From: a virus
IMG/VR virus record: IMGVR_UViG_3300025687_000022
Reading direction: 5' to 3' (one strand)
DNA length: 64,000 bases
Part shown: in pieces, positions 20,005 through 29,568 of the stretch
How positions within the stretch are numbered: the first letter of the stretch is position 1
How the letters are laid out: each line of letters opens with the position of its first letter
Notes under the pieces: model-generated
Told to the model about the DNA's origin: nothing
What the model saw: the letters and a program-made list of their open reading frames with translations, nothing else
The model's database searches: none
Program-made: the position numbers and the translations under genes

Positions 20005-21280
20005 ATTCTTTTATAATATCCGATATTTCATTAAACCAATCATTGACATTTTCTTGATTATTATAAAATAAAATAATAAACCTCTCATACATCTTTTCGG
20101 CAGAGAAAGTCTCGTGTAGGCGCTTTACATTTTGCTCCAAAGCAATCATTTGTGTACCACGAGTCTCTTCGTTAGTCATTTGTTCATAACAAAGTCTCAT
20201 TTGTTGCTTTGCAGACTGCTCACGCGGATAAGCCCACATAGAGTCTTTGATCAAAACATTCTCCCAAACAACCTCCTGCTGAATTGGCTGTAAGTCAAAT
20301 GCGACGTTATAAAAATGTTGCTTACCTTGCTCATCAACCAAAAAATCTAACTGCCCTGACCAGCCTGTAGCGACCACAGGAAGCCCAGAATAGGCTGCTT
20401 CAAAGATTGGAAGACCAAAACCCTCACCATGAGGTAAAGCAAGGAAAGCATCTACAGAAGAATCTTTATAAAGCGCATGCATTTCTTTATCGGTCATATC
20501 GCCATGAAGAAGATAAACTTTGCATTTGTGTTCTGGAAGGTTTGCTAAAAACGATTTAAGATCTTTAAGAATCTTGTTTCTATCCATTAAGCTATTTTTA
20601 ACAATGTTGGTCTTAAGAATTAAGCCAACGTCTTCGTTATCTGCGAATTCCTCAACAAACCACTTAAGAGTATTTGGAAGGTTTTTGCGAGGTCCAAACT
20701 GAGCAACAGATAGAAAATTAAAGCTGGTGGAAAGATTTAGATTTAAATCTGGAAGGTTTTCAAAAACTTTAACTGGATAATTCACAGCCTCAACTGGAGT
20801 TTGAAGTCTGTACTGAAATTCTTGCTGACCGTTGGTTGCAATAGCCACAGTGTCTTCAAAGATATTTTTAGAATGGTTAGAGACAACAATAATTTTATCT
20901 ACAACCTCATTTCCTTTTTGAAGCCAGACGGGAGCCACTTTAGTTGTTTCAATTCCAGCCGTGTAGCCAATATTGATAGGAGCCAGTTTTTCCCATTCGT
21001 TTGGAATCGTAACTTGAACTGACATATCAAAAGTGCCACCGCTTTGAATATAAGCAATGGTCTTTTCAATCGTCATATCGATCCATACTCGCTCTTCATC
21101 CATGTCAGTCAGCCAAGACGTGGCACCCCATTGAAGAGGCTGAATGAAAACTTCAAATAAGTCCTCTCTTGAGCGAAGAGAGCGTAGCGCAAATCTTGCT
21201 TGCTCTCCATAGCCAGAACGAGTTAGTAGTGGTCCTTTTAGTAAAACCTTTTTTCTCACGCTACCTCCAGTAAGTGCCAA
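19997..21280 (-). CDS. GT4-family glycosyltransferase
   Basis: SGYG, RKN and GEGFGLPIFEAAYSGLPVVATGWSG motifs. Confidence 0.9.
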   Translation of the reverse strand: MALTGGSVRKKVLLKGPLLTRSGYGEQARFALRSLRSREDLFEVFIQPLQWGATSWLTDMDEERVWIDMTIEKTIAYIQSGGTFDMSVQVTIPNEWEKLAPINIGYTAGIETTKVAPVWLQKGNEVVDKIIVVSNHSKNIFEDTVAIATNGQQEFQYRLQTPVEAVNYPVKVFENLPDLNLNLSTSFNFLSVAQFGPRKNLPNTLKWFVEEFADNEDVGLILKTNIVKNSLMDRNKILKDLKSFLANLPEHKCKVYLLHGDMTDKEMHALYKDSSVDAFLALPHGEGFGLPIFEAAYSGLPVVATGWSGQLDFLVDEQGKQHFYNVAFDLQPIQQEVVWENVLIKDSMWAYPREQSAKQQMRLCYEQMTNEETRGTQMIALEQNVKRLHETFSAEKMYERFIILFYNNQENVNDWFNEISDIIKEYE

Positions 21281-22542
21281 GTTTGATAGTTCTTTCTATT
21301 TTCCCAAGAACCATGCTTCTCGATTATTTCATCCATTATCCGTACCCATTCGCTTTCATAGTTATCAAAGTTGTAATTTTCACGAACATGCATCTGACCA
21401 GAAATAGACATTTTCTTATAAGCACGGTCGCTTGTATACATAGCTTCGCTTAAAGCATTGATAAAGTCTTGTTTGGCGATTCTATCCTCGTAAATATAAG
21501 GAACGCTTAAAGAACCAATAATAGACTTAGATGCAGGCTCTATGCCGATACCAAACCAATCTTTACCATTTGTAACTTGCTCTTGCAATCCACCAGTCAT
21601 GTTAACAATAATTGGAGTTCCACAAGACAGCGATTCAAGCGTAGATAACCCAAAGCCTTCTGCATCTGAAATATTAATCGTAAAATCGGCTGCATTATAA
21701 ATATTCGCAAGGTCTTCTGGTGCTACCTTATTTGTTGAAATAAGAACCTGACCATCATCAAGACCAAGATGCTCAATAATGTGTGGCAGATCTTGACCAT
21801 GTGGGTCACGAGGATCAGTGTGCATTAGTAACATCGCTTTATCATGACCAACATAATCTAGAAAGCTTTTAAACCACCAGATAAGTGTACCGCTTTGTTT
21901 ACGACGGGCATTTCTGTTATTCCAAAAGAAAATAGTTTTTTCTTTATTTTTGAACTTTCTACTTGATTCAACAGTTAGTTTGGTTCTTGTATCTTTTACT
22001 TGTTGCTTTAGTTCATCAGTTTTATACTTATAAAAAACATTGGAATTTACAGCATGTGGAAGATAACGCGAGCTTACATCTGGTGAAACTTCCTTAACAA
22101 TGTCATGGGTCACTTTTGAGATGCAAACAACCTCATCGGTTGAGTTATAAAACTCAGCGTTGTAGTGAGGAGCAGGAAAGTTATCCCATACATGATAATA
22201 AACCATAGGAACACAAGCCCTAATCTCATTTTCAATTTCCCAAAGCCAAGTATAAAAACGAGGATCAGTCATAAACCAAAGAACATCGGGGCGCTCTTTC
22301 TGCAGAATTGACCGAATAATCTCGTGATTACCATAACCATCAACTGGAAAGATTCGCCAATCATCACCATAAGGTTCGACTTTCTGCGGCTGATAGCTCT
22401 GATGCTTCATAGCCCCGCCCAAGCAAACGAAAGAATATCGTCCAGTCTTGAGCAGGGCTTCAATCATATATTTTGTTTGCGTACCAACACCAGACGGTGT
22501 TAGTGGATGGTCCGATAAGACCAAAATCTTTTTCTTTTGCAT
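21256..22542 (-). CDS. GT4-family glycosyltransferase
   Basis: SGVG, NRNARRK and AEGFGLSTLESLSCGTPII motifs. Confidence 0.9.
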   Translation of the reverse strand: MQKKKILVLSDHPLTPSGVGTQTKYMIEALLKTGRYSFVCLGGAMKHQSYQPQKVEPYGDDWRIFPVDGYGNHEIIRSILQKERPDVLWFMTDPRFYTWLWEIENEIRACVPMVYYHVWDNFPAPHYNAEFYNSTDEVVCISKVTHDIVKEVSPDVSSRYLPHAVNSNVFYKYKTDELKQQVKDTRTKLTVESSRKFKNKEKTIFFWNNRNARRKQSGTLIWWFKSFLDYVGHDKAMLLMHTDPRDPHGQDLPHIIEHLGLDDGQVLISTNKVAPEDLANIYNAADFTINISDAEGFGLSTLESLSCGTPIIVNMTGGLQEQVTNGKDWFGIGIEPASKSIIGSLSVPYIYEDRIAKQDFINALSEAMYTSDRAYKKMSISGQMHVRENYNFDNYESEWVRIMDEIIEKHGSWENRKNYQTWHLLEVA

Positions 22543-22549
22543 TTATACC

Positions 22550-23308
22550 TCATGGGCACTGCTCCGAGTGCCGAAATACACATTTTTTACAAGACAAGCG
22601 ATTTTTAATGTATCGCTGACTTTTAATATTATACAATGCCTTTTCTAAAAGTTTAAGGGCATTTTGAGTTTTTCTTGGACCACTAGTGACTCTAAAAAAT
22701 TCAACTCGATCCTTCTTGGCAGTACGCTTAAGTAGTGCAAAGTGAGTTTCAATCTTTTTAGGGTCAATATTCATTTTAACAGAATAGAAATACTTGTATA
22801 GGGTTAGCTGATAAGTTGTGATAGCATCAGACCGCTTTTGAGCGTCCCAGCCCCATGAACAAGTCTTCCAATCAAAGATGTGGTACTTGCCGTCAGGTGT
22901 CTTGACAATAGCATCAATATATCCGTTGAACTGATAATCTTCGTGATTATCAATCGGCTCACCAAGCTCTTGCTCAATAGCAACAACCTCGTATTCACCG
23001 AAATAATCATCAAGCGCATCTTTAATCTCAGGGATAATCTGATTACCTTGAGTACGCATATCATTTACAAGGTCTTCTCTAATTTCAACATCAGATAGAC
23101 TTTCAATGTTCTTAGAAAACTCTTGAATAAAATAAGACTCGTCAATATCCTCGTTTAGTAGAATTTTTTCACAAGCGCTGTGGATTGTAGTTCCAAAAGC
23201 CGTAAACTCATTACCAGTAAAGCCGTCGATCTTGTCAATACGAGTAAGCTTGTGGTAAAAAGCACAAAAAACCCAATCCTTCAAGCTAGAATAAGAAATA
23301 TGTGCCAT
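22550..23308 (-). CDS. PD-(D/E)XK exonuclease (RecB/Cas4-like)
   Basis: ISYSSL...C, GTTIH, GYIDA, IFDWKT, YQLTLY and C-terminal CKKC...C motifs. Confidence 0.85.
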   Translation of the reverse strand: MAHISYSSLKDWVFCAFYHKLTRIDKIDGFTGNEFTAFGTTIHSACEKILLNEDIDESYFIQEFSKNIESLSDVEIREDLVNDMRTQGNQIIPEIKDALDDYFGEYEVVAIEQELGEPIDNHEDYQFNGYIDAIVKTPDGKYHIFDWKTCSWGWDAQKRSDAITTYQLTLYKYFYSVKMNIDPKKIETHFALLKRTAKKDRVEFFRVTSGPRKTQNALKLLEKALYNIKSQRYIKNRLSCKKCVFRHSEQCP

Positions 23309-23328
23309 CTTTTCTCCTTTGTCATAAT

Positions 23329-23357
23329 AATATAACCTTTGGAGATCAGATCGTCAA
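23329..23357 (-). promoter_or_regulatory. Sigma70-type promoter
   Basis: Minus strand TTGACG-N17-TATATT followed by an AGGAGA RBS, upstream of the nuclease gene. Confidence 0.65.
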
Positions 23358-24040
23358 GTTTGATCTTTCATTTTATTTATTTTATCTATCTTAGAGTATA
23401 GAATAGGGCAAGTCATTTTCAACCAAACGAGGTCTTCGTTTAAATAATAATAAGTAAATCCTGTTGCAAAATATTCTCTTAATGAAGTAGCAGCATAAGC
23501 ACTAATAAAAATACCAAGAGCGACCATTGATAATTTATTATAGCCAACTTTGTTTAATAGGTAATCATCAAACTCAGCATCATATTCTGGATCTAAAAAG
23601 AAACTTTTTGGTGTTTTGTAACCATGAGCCCAAAGCTCATCATAAAGACGAATTCTTTTTTGCAAGAACTCTTCTTCAAGTTGTTTGTCTCCGTATATTT
23701 CATATCCATAAGATTCTTCTAAAGAATGTGACATTTCATGAATTAAATCATCAATAAGATCTGCCTCATTATCTTGTTCATTTGAAATGTAAAGGCAACC
23801 ATCACTATAGAATGCATTTATTTTTCTTTCTTCAAACTCTTTGAAGTGTCCGATTGCAACCATTTCAACTTCAGAAAATAAATGTGGCGGCAAAACACTT
23901 TCTAATTTTGAAATTACTACTTCGGGGTTAACTCCGTTTGAAACAGGATCTTTAACGTAAACGTGTAGACCGTTTGAAGTATAAAAATCGTTCACGCTAT
24001 TCAGATTCCGCTGATAGGACTCTTTCAAGTAATTGAGCAT
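23354..24040 (-). CDS. Zincin-like metallopeptidase domain protein
   Basis: HEMSH (HExxH) and downstream YAATSLREYFA. Confidence 0.65.
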   Translation of the reverse strand: MLNYLKESYQRNLNSVNDFYTSNGLHVYVKDPVSNGVNPEVVISKLESVLPPHLFSEVEMVAIGHFKEFEERKINAFYSDGCLYISNEQDNEADLIDDLIHEMSHSLEESYGYEIYGDKQLEEEFLQKRIRLYDELWAHGYKTPKSFFLDPEYDAEFDDYLLNKVGYNKLSMVALGIFISAYAATSLREYFATGFTYYYLNEDLVWLKMTCPILYSKIDKINKMKDQT

Positions 24041-24275
24041 CTTCTAAACCCTCTTGGTATCCTCTTAAGAAATTTTCTTCGGCTACTGCATAAAGAAATT
24101 CTGGAAACTCAGAAGCAATAACCTCGACAATCATATTCACAGAAACTTCTTCAGAATTAAATTTCGTCCCAGCATACTCAACCAAATATTTTTTCAAATC
24201 AGAATCAGGCTGGACAACCAGCCCTAAATCTGGGTTTGTATGAACTTCTTCTTCTGTCAATACTTTCTCATTCAT
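23997..24275 (-). CDS. Hypothetical acidic protein
   Basis: ORF track; tightly packed with neighbours. Confidence 0.6.
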   Translation of the reverse strand: MNEKVLTEEEVHTNPDLGLVVQPDSDLKKYLVEYAGTKFNSEEVSVNMIVEVIASEFPEFLYAVAEENFLRGYQEGLEDAQLLERVLSAESE

Positions 24276-25612
24276 TATAACACCTTTGACGCTAATGTAG
24301 CAAGGTCAGAACGCTCGCCTTTCTTAAAAGTAACGTGCCCAGCAATCTTATAATTCTTAAACGATTCAACCGCATGAGCTAACCCATTTGATGTTTCGTT
24401 TACATAAGCATTGTCAATCTGTTCAACGTCACCAGTTAGAATGATTTTTGCATTCTCACCTATTCTTGTAATTATAGTCTTAATTTCGTGTTTTGTTAAG
24501 TTCTGTGCCTCATCAATTACGACAAAAGCATCTGATATACTTCTTCCGCGAATGTAAGTTAGTGCTTCAATTTCGATTTTGCCTTTATCAACATAAATCT
24601 GCATTGAAGTACCATCGCCCATAAGAAACTTTAAGTTATCTTGAATAGGCATAAGCCACGGAAGCATCTTTTCTTCCATCGTACCGGGAAGGAAGCCGAT
24701 ATCTTTGCCAAGAGGCTGAACAGGTCTAGAAACAATAAGACGAGAATAATGATTACTGTTTCCTCTTAATCCTATTGTTTGTTGCAGCCCTGCTGCTATC
24801 GCACATAAAGTTTTACCTGAGCCTGCTCTACCAACAAGAGAAACCAACCTAACATCAGGATCCATTAGCAAATCAATTGCAAAGGCTTGCTCTTTGTTTC
24901 TTGAGTTAATTTTCCAATCAGGTATCTTGTCATGATATATTTTTTTCAAAGGCGTCTGATGGTCCACAAAGCGTGCTATGCATGTTTTCTTTGGGTTCGC
25001 GTTAGAGATCAACAAAAGATATTGGTTTGGGTACAGCTTTTGATTAATTTCTTCTTTGTTTATAAATAAATGATTTCCATCGTAAAACTGTTCGATAAAA
25101 GCATCATCAACAAGAATCTCAGTAAAACCTTGGTAAAGCTCGTCTGAGGATTTTACAGCTTTTTCAGAATCATAATCTTCTGCAACGATACCTATAGAGT
25201 CACAGATAACTCGCATGTTAATGTCACGAGAAACTACAACTACTTTTCTTTTTGGATTTGTATTTTCAATTGCTTTGGCTGTTGCAATGATCTGATGATC
25301 TGGAACTGATAAGTTTAAATCAGATGGAAAGTTTGCATGCTCTAAAGCATCATAAGACATTACTTTTAATATGCCTTTGCCTTTATCGAGTCGGACGCCT
25401 TTCTGAAGACAACCCTTCGCTCTTAGTTCGTCTAAAAAGCGAATAATCTTTCTTGCGTTAACACCGACTGAATCTTGTCTTTTCTTGTGCTTGTCTATTT
25501 CTTCAAGCACTTTTAGAGGCAAAAATAAATCATGATTTTCAAATTTATAAATTGCTTCTGCGTCTGTTAGGCAAACGCTTGTATCTAATAAATAATTCTT
25601 CTTTACAGCCAT
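24275..25612 (-). CDS. phoH: PIN-PhoH protein (PhoH2-type)
   Basis: PIN domain (LLDTSV, EEID, D, SRDINMR) plus PhoH ATPase (GRAGSGKT, GFLPG, RGRS, DEAQN, GDVEQID). Confidence 0.95.
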   Translation of the reverse strand: MAVKKNYLLDTSVCLTDAEAIYKFENHDLFLPLKVLEEIDKHKKRQDSVGVNARKIIRFLDELRAKGCLQKGVRLDKGKGILKVMSYDALEHANFPSDLNLSVPDHQIIATAKAIENTNPKRKVVVVSRDINMRVICDSIGIVAEDYDSEKAVKSSDELYQGFTEILVDDAFIEQFYDGNHLFINKEEINQKLYPNQYLLLISNANPKKTCIARFVDHQTPLKKIYHDKIPDWKINSRNKEQAFAIDLLMDPDVRLVSLVGRAGSGKTLCAIAAGLQQTIGLRGNSNHYSRLIVSRPVQPLGKDIGFLPGTMEEKMLPWLMPIQDNLKFLMGDGTSMQIYVDKGKIEIEALTYIRGRSISDAFVVIDEAQNLTKHEIKTIITRIGENAKIILTGDVEQIDNAYVNETSNGLAHAVESFKNYKIAGHVTFKKGERSDLATLASKVL

Positions 25613-25672
25613 AAAAAACCCCTTATTGGCAAAAGATAAATAGTTCTCAACACTAATAAGGGCAATTAAAAG

Positions 25673-25745
25673 TCTGAGTGGTAGGACTTGAACCTACAAC
25701 CCCCGCACCCCAAATGCGGTGCGCTACCAATTGCGCTACACCCAG
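25673..25745 (-). tRNA. tRNA-Pro(TGG)
   Basis: Acceptor stem CTGGGTG/CACTCAG, anticodon arm CCGCA-TT TGG GG-TGCGG, GGTTCAAG T-loop; CCA not encoded. Confidence 0.95.
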
Positions 25746-25756
25746 AAATAAGATAA

Positions 25757-25829
25757 TGGAGATAAAGAGATTCGAACTCTTGACCTTCTGCGTGCAAAGC
25801 AGATGCTCTCCCAACTGAGCTATACCCCC
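25757..25829 (-). tRNA. tRNA-Ala(TGC)
   Basis: 5' GGGGGTATAGCTCAGTTGGGAGAGC, anticodon arm TCTGC-TT TGC AC-GCAGA, GTTCGAAT T-loop, and the G3:U70 alanine identity pair. Confidence 0.95.
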
Positions 25830-25836
25830 ATAATCC

Positions 25837-26031
25837 TTATCCGACTTTTTCAGTTAGATACTGAACATCGGAAGCAACATCGCTTTTAAAGCGCTTGAGT
25901 TCGTTTCGAAGAATATTAACTTCATCATTTAAAGCGCTGATTCTACCAAGAGCGTGAACAAGTCTTTTATTCTGCTCTTGAAGTCTGCTCTCAAAATAAT
26001 TTCTATCGAATACATCTACGGTATCGGGCAT
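25837..26031 (-). CDS. Small coiled-coil protein
   Basis: Start MPDTV at 26031 after an AGGAG RBS; heptad pattern. Confidence 0.6.
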   Translation of the reverse strand: MPDTVDVFDRNYFESRLQEQNKRLVHALGRISALNDEVNILRNELKRFKSDVASDVQYLTEKVG

Positions 26032-26117
26032 CTTCACTCCTTTTTTAAAAATTGAAAACCAAATTTGCTTTATTCTTAATAACATTTTACACCATTCACG
26101 TCAAATGTAAAGTTATT

Positions 26118-26612
26118 TTACCACAAATAATTCTTCCAGATATCATTTATTTGAGAATTACTAACATATCTAAGAGAAGAATATCTTGGTGGTGCTGGAG
26201 TTCTTAGCAAATCCATGCCACTTTCTTTTGGCGTTCTATTACTTTTCTTTTGGTTGCATTTTCTGCAAGCAGCAACAAGATTGTTCCAAGAGTTATTGCC
26301 ACCACGAGATTTAGGCAAAACATGATCTAATGTCAGTTCTTTATCTGGAAATCTGTTTCCGCAGTATTGACAAATATTATCATCTCTACAAAGAATGTGC
26401 TTTCTAGTTGGAGATACAATAGCTGTCCTATACTTTACCAATCGATTTAAAACAATAACTGCTGGAAGCTCAAAAGTTTGGCTTGTTGAATTTATTTTTT
26501 GTGTGTAATTTTCAATTGCCTTTGCTTTGCCAATAATACAAAGAACTAAAGCCTCTAAAGAATCTATAACTTCGATTGGTCGAAAAGTAGAATCTAATTT
26601 TAAAGTTTTCAT
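26118..26612 (-). CDS. HNH endonuclease (McrA-like)
   Basis: RDDNICQYCG, TLDHVLPKSRGG and WNNLVAACRKCNQKK. Confidence 0.95.
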   Translation of the reverse strand: MKTLKLDSTFRPIEVIDSLEALVLCIIGKAKAIENYTQKINSTSQTFELPAVIVLNRLVKYRTAIVSPTRKHILCRDDNICQYCGNRFPDKELTLDHVLPKSRGGNNSWNNLVAACRKCNQKKSNRTPKESGMDLLRTPAPPRYSSLRYVSNSQINDIWKNYLW

Positions 26613-26740
26613 TATTCTTCTTCGTATTCTTCTTCACGCTCGTCATAACAAGAAAGACAAATTATCTCTCCATCTTCAGTAATTTCATAACCTGAATTAT
26701 AAATGCAGGTATCGCAGAAATCACAAACTTTAGCAGTCAT
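26612..26740 (-). CDS. 42-aa zinc-finger-like protein (not in ORF track)
   Basis: Hand translation MTAKVCDFCDTCIYNSGYEITEDGEIICLSCYDEREEEYEEE; fills the gap exactly. Confidence 0.65.
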   Translation of the reverse strand: MTAKVCDFCDTCIYNSGYEITEDGEIICLSCYDEREEEYEEE

Positions 26741-26747
26741 TTATTTT

Positions 26748-27317
26748 TTAATCTCCGTAAAAGTCCACATCAAGTGGAGTAGCTGGTAAAGGTTGCCAAA
26801 TGGCAACAATAACTTGGTTTGGATCTTTACTTTGGGGATAAATAAAGCCTTTAAAGCCATATTCTCTTTCACCTAAAGTTGCCACTCTTTCAAAAACGTT
26901 TGTTGGGTAATATCTTGGAGTACCAAACTCTTTTTCTCTTATTTCTTTATATTCATCAACACGTCTGGATAATCCAAGAGGATCTTTCATAACAGGATAC
27001 AAATCATGTTTATTAACTGTAACAGTGTAAGCAGAGCCTTGAATTCTTCCAATGCCAGTATCTTCTTGCCCAAGACGAGTAAAATAAAACACTCTTGGAC
27101 GATCCCAAGCTCGATATTCAGCTTGACTATACGTTTTTCTACCAGCAGCAGCAATTTGAGGATCTAAAACTTCAATATCTGGAGTCGAAGAAACATGATA
27201 AAGCTGAACTTGGTCAGGAAGATCTAAAGGATAAGCATTATCTAACTTTGCAAGCTGCTCATCATCCATTATTTCTTCAGTTAAATATTTGTTCCAGTTT
27301 TCAAAAAGTTTTTTCAT
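26748..27317 (-). CDS. Leader-bearing (MKKLFENW class) protein with ADP-ribosyltransferase-like domain
   Basis: Leader MKKLFENWNKYLTEE; LYHVSS...RVFYFT strand pattern typical of ART folds. Confidence 0.5.
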   Translation of the reverse strand: MKKLFENWNKYLTEEIMDDEQLAKLDNAYPLDLPDQVQLYHVSSTPDIEVLDPQIAAAGRKTYSQAEYRAWDRPRVFYFTRLGQEDTGIGRIQGSAYTVTVNKHDLYPVMKDPLGLSRRVDEYKEIREKEFGTPRYYPTNVFERVATLGEREYGFKGFIYPQSKDPNQVIVAIWQPLPATPLDVDFYGD

Positions 27318-27318
27318 T

Positions 27319-27666
27319 TTAAGTGTTTCCTGTATCTTCTTCTATAAAGAAATTATCTATATCGTACTTATCATATTGTGCTGAAAACTCACTATAAGTC
27401 AACCCTAAAAATCTTGCAGCATCTATTTTTGATTTAGAAGTTGAAATAGCAAATTTTAAAAGTGCTTCTTTCACAATATAATCCGATCTTCTCCAAATGT
27501 CAAGTCCATATAACCTGTATTTTAAATTAGCACATGCTAGTTCTAACTTTATAGCAATTAGATCTTCTAAAGTTAAATTAGAAATTAACACTAACAGATC
27601 ATTGCTGATCAAATTATTATATGTTAATTTATTAATTATACTTTTATTCTTTAATTTGCTAATCAT
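27319..27666 (-). CDS. Protein with Fis-like C-terminal helix-turn-helix
   Basis: KEALLKFAISTSKSKIDAARFLGLTYSEF. Confidence 0.6.
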   Translation of the reverse strand: MISKLKNKSIINKLTYNNLISNDLLVLISNLTLEDLIAIKLELACANLKYRLYGLDIWRRSDYIVKEALLKFAISTSKSKIDAARFLGLTYSEFSAQYDKYDIDNFFIEEDTGNT

Positions 27667-27696
27667 TTGCTAATCACTACTGATCAATTCTTTAAT

Positions 27697-27725
27697 AATG
27701 TAATTTGATTTCAATAATCTGTCAA
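27697..27725 (-). promoter_or_regulatory. Sigma70-type promoter
   Basis: Minus strand TTGACA-N17-TACATT upstream of the Fis-like gene. Confidence 0.65.
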
Positions 27726-27743
27726 GGGACTTTTTTGTAATTT

Positions 27744-28517
27744 TTAATCTAAACCAAGATCAATCTCATCTTCTGTAGGTTGCTCCAGATCTTGTTTAGC
27801 CATATCATAAGCTTGGTTAGAAGGCTCTTCAATACTTGGATCTAATTCTTTTTCAAACTTATCAAAATAAAGCTTTACATTTGTAATCAAGTAATCGTAG
27901 AATAATTCTTGATCTTCAGCATTAGATAACAACTCATAAGCATCAATTATGTTTGTTTCGATCTTTTTAAAACACGAATAAGCAATGTTTCTTCCAGTCT
28001 CGTCCTGACCTTCAATACCAAATTCTTTTCTTGGATCTTCAGGTTCTTCTTCTTCCGCTTTTTCAGCATCAGAGCGAATATCAATAAACTTGTCAGATTC
28101 TGGATTAGCTTCATCGTCTTCAATTTCAATACTAATCTCTTCTTCTAAATCTTCTTCAGAGTTGCCTGCTTTTGTATTCATTTCAACAGGAGTTAAAGTA
28201 TTAATGATAGCTTGGATAACGTGAGCACGGAAAGACTTACGTTGTTCTGGGTCGGTTGTCATAATTTTGTAATCTGCTTCTAAAACAGGAACAATCTTCT
28301 TTAATAGATCTTCCAGAATGTTAATTCCAGTAGACTTATTTGGGGTTGGATTTGTATCAGAAACCTGAGCTTCCAAGATCAATAAATCGCGAATAATAGA
28401 ACGTAGTTTTTGCTCTTCTATTTCAATTGCTTTTTGTTCTTGCAATCTTTTTCTTTTAGTGACTCTGATCATTTCTCTAATGTCTTGTCTCAGTTGTTTC
28501 TCTTCTTTTGTAATCAT
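27744..28517 (-). CDS. Acidic hypothetical protein, possibly head-associated
   Basis: Leader-like helices LRQDIREMI and LRSIIRDLLILE; strongly acidic. Confidence 0.55.
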   Translation of the reverse strand: MITKEEKQLRQDIREMIRVTKRKRLQEQKAIEIEEQKLRSIIRDLLILEAQVSDTNPTPNKSTGINILEDLLKKIVPVLEADYKIMTTDPEQRKSFRAHVIQAIINTLTPVEMNTKAGNSEEDLEEEISIEIEDDEANPESDKFIDIRSDAEKAEEEEPEDPRKEFGIEGQDETGRNIAYSCFKKIETNIIDAYELLSNAEDQELFYDYLITNVKLYFDKFEKELDPSIEEPSNQAYDMAKQDLEQPTEDEIDLGLD

Positions 28518-29305
28518 TTTAAAATGCCTCTTTTAAGGAAAATGTTATAAATTTGTTCGCTTATGCAGCCGCAGTCTTCGTCTCTCTTTCCAACAAATGG
28601 TTTAGAATACCCAGCAACTGCTCCAGCACCCATAGCTGAAATCTCTTCAATTGGCTCTGAGGACGCCGGTACAATACCTAGAATGTCCAGAAATTTTTTT
28701 GCCATAGCGTCATCTAAAACAAAATCTCGAAGGAGTTCTACAGCCTCTGGGGAGGTCGAAGCTTTACCTAAAAGATAGCGCATATCTGATGCATGAAATA
28801 AACTAAAGTCTTTATTTGTAATAATACTTGGCATGGATTCCTTAAAATCAGAACTCATTACTGATTGTATGTATTCTGGGCTATGAACTTCTGGCTGTAC
28901 TGCTGTTGTTTGTGGATTAAGAAGCATTACGCCTTTTTTCACATATCTATCGGCATCTTTCCAACGCTGAACATCAGTTCCTTTGTTGCTTGCTCCAAGG
29001 GTAATAAAGTCGCCTTCTTGCAAATCACCTTCAGGTCCAATATAATTATAAGATGCACCAACGGGAGAAGCTGATGGTGAAACTTGTATTTCCACATTTG
29101 AAAGTCCTGAAGTTAGTTCGTCCCACATGTCTATTGCGTTTTGGGCAGTAATAACAGTGCCATCTTCAAGAGCGCGTTGATTTTTTAACGGATTTGAAAT
29201 TAATATAATAACTTTATCGTTATTTTGTGAATACTGCTCTACCATAGCAAGATGCCCCCTGTGCGGAGGCTTAAAAGAACCAGGAACAATTGCAATCTTA
29301 GCCAT
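28514..29305 (-). CDS. Cytidylyltransferase-like (HxGH) nucleotidyltransferase
   Basis: IAIVPGSFKPPHRGHL and HASDMR motifs. Confidence 0.8.
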   Translation of the reverse strand: MAKIAIVPGSFKPPHRGHLAMVEQYSQNNDKVIILISNPLKNQRALEDGTVITAQNAIDMWDELTSGLSNVEIQVSPSASPVGASYNYIGPEGDLQEGDFITLGASNKGTDVQRWKDADRYVKKGVMLLNPQTTAVQPEVHSPEYIQSVMSSDFKESMPSIITNKDFSLFHASDMRYLLGKASTSPEAVELLRDFVLDDAMAKKFLDILGIVPASSEPIEEISAMGAGAVAGYSKPFVGKRDEDCGCISEQIYNIFLKRGILK

Positions 29306-29564
29306 CTAAAATTTCTCCATCTGATAGATTGTGCTCTAATATGTTTATTTTTGCTTCCAATAAATCATTTTTGGTTTCTAATCTTTTGGCTAATTTTCTA
29401 ACTTCTTTTAAATATTCTTTTGCTGTTTCAATTTGTTGTTTCTCTCCAAAAGTTTTAGGACGCATTTGTCCAACGAACTCTTGAAGAGAACCAATATAAT
29501 CAAAAATGTCTTTTTCAACATTTTGATTGTTTAAAAAATCTTTCCAGCTTTTTTCCACCGACAT
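29298..29564 (-). CDS. Small coiled-coil protein
   Basis: ORF track; the N-terminus SWKDFLN resembles the FENW-class leader. Confidence 0.55.
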   Translation of the reverse strand: MSVEKSWKDFLNNQNVEKDIFDYIGSLQEFVGQMRPKTFGEKQQIETAKEYLKEVRKLAKRLETKNDLLEAKINILEHNLSDGEILDG

Positions 29565-29568
29565 AGCC

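Noticed and set aside
22550-23308. Cas4 as evidence of a CRISPR-Cas system
   Set aside because: It is a stand-alone PD-(D/E)XK exonuclease of a type common in phages, with no other cas genes or array.
26118-26612. HNH gene as an intron-encoded or mobile homing element
   Set aside because: It is a free-standing McrA-like HNH that interrupts no gene, and I see no intron structure.
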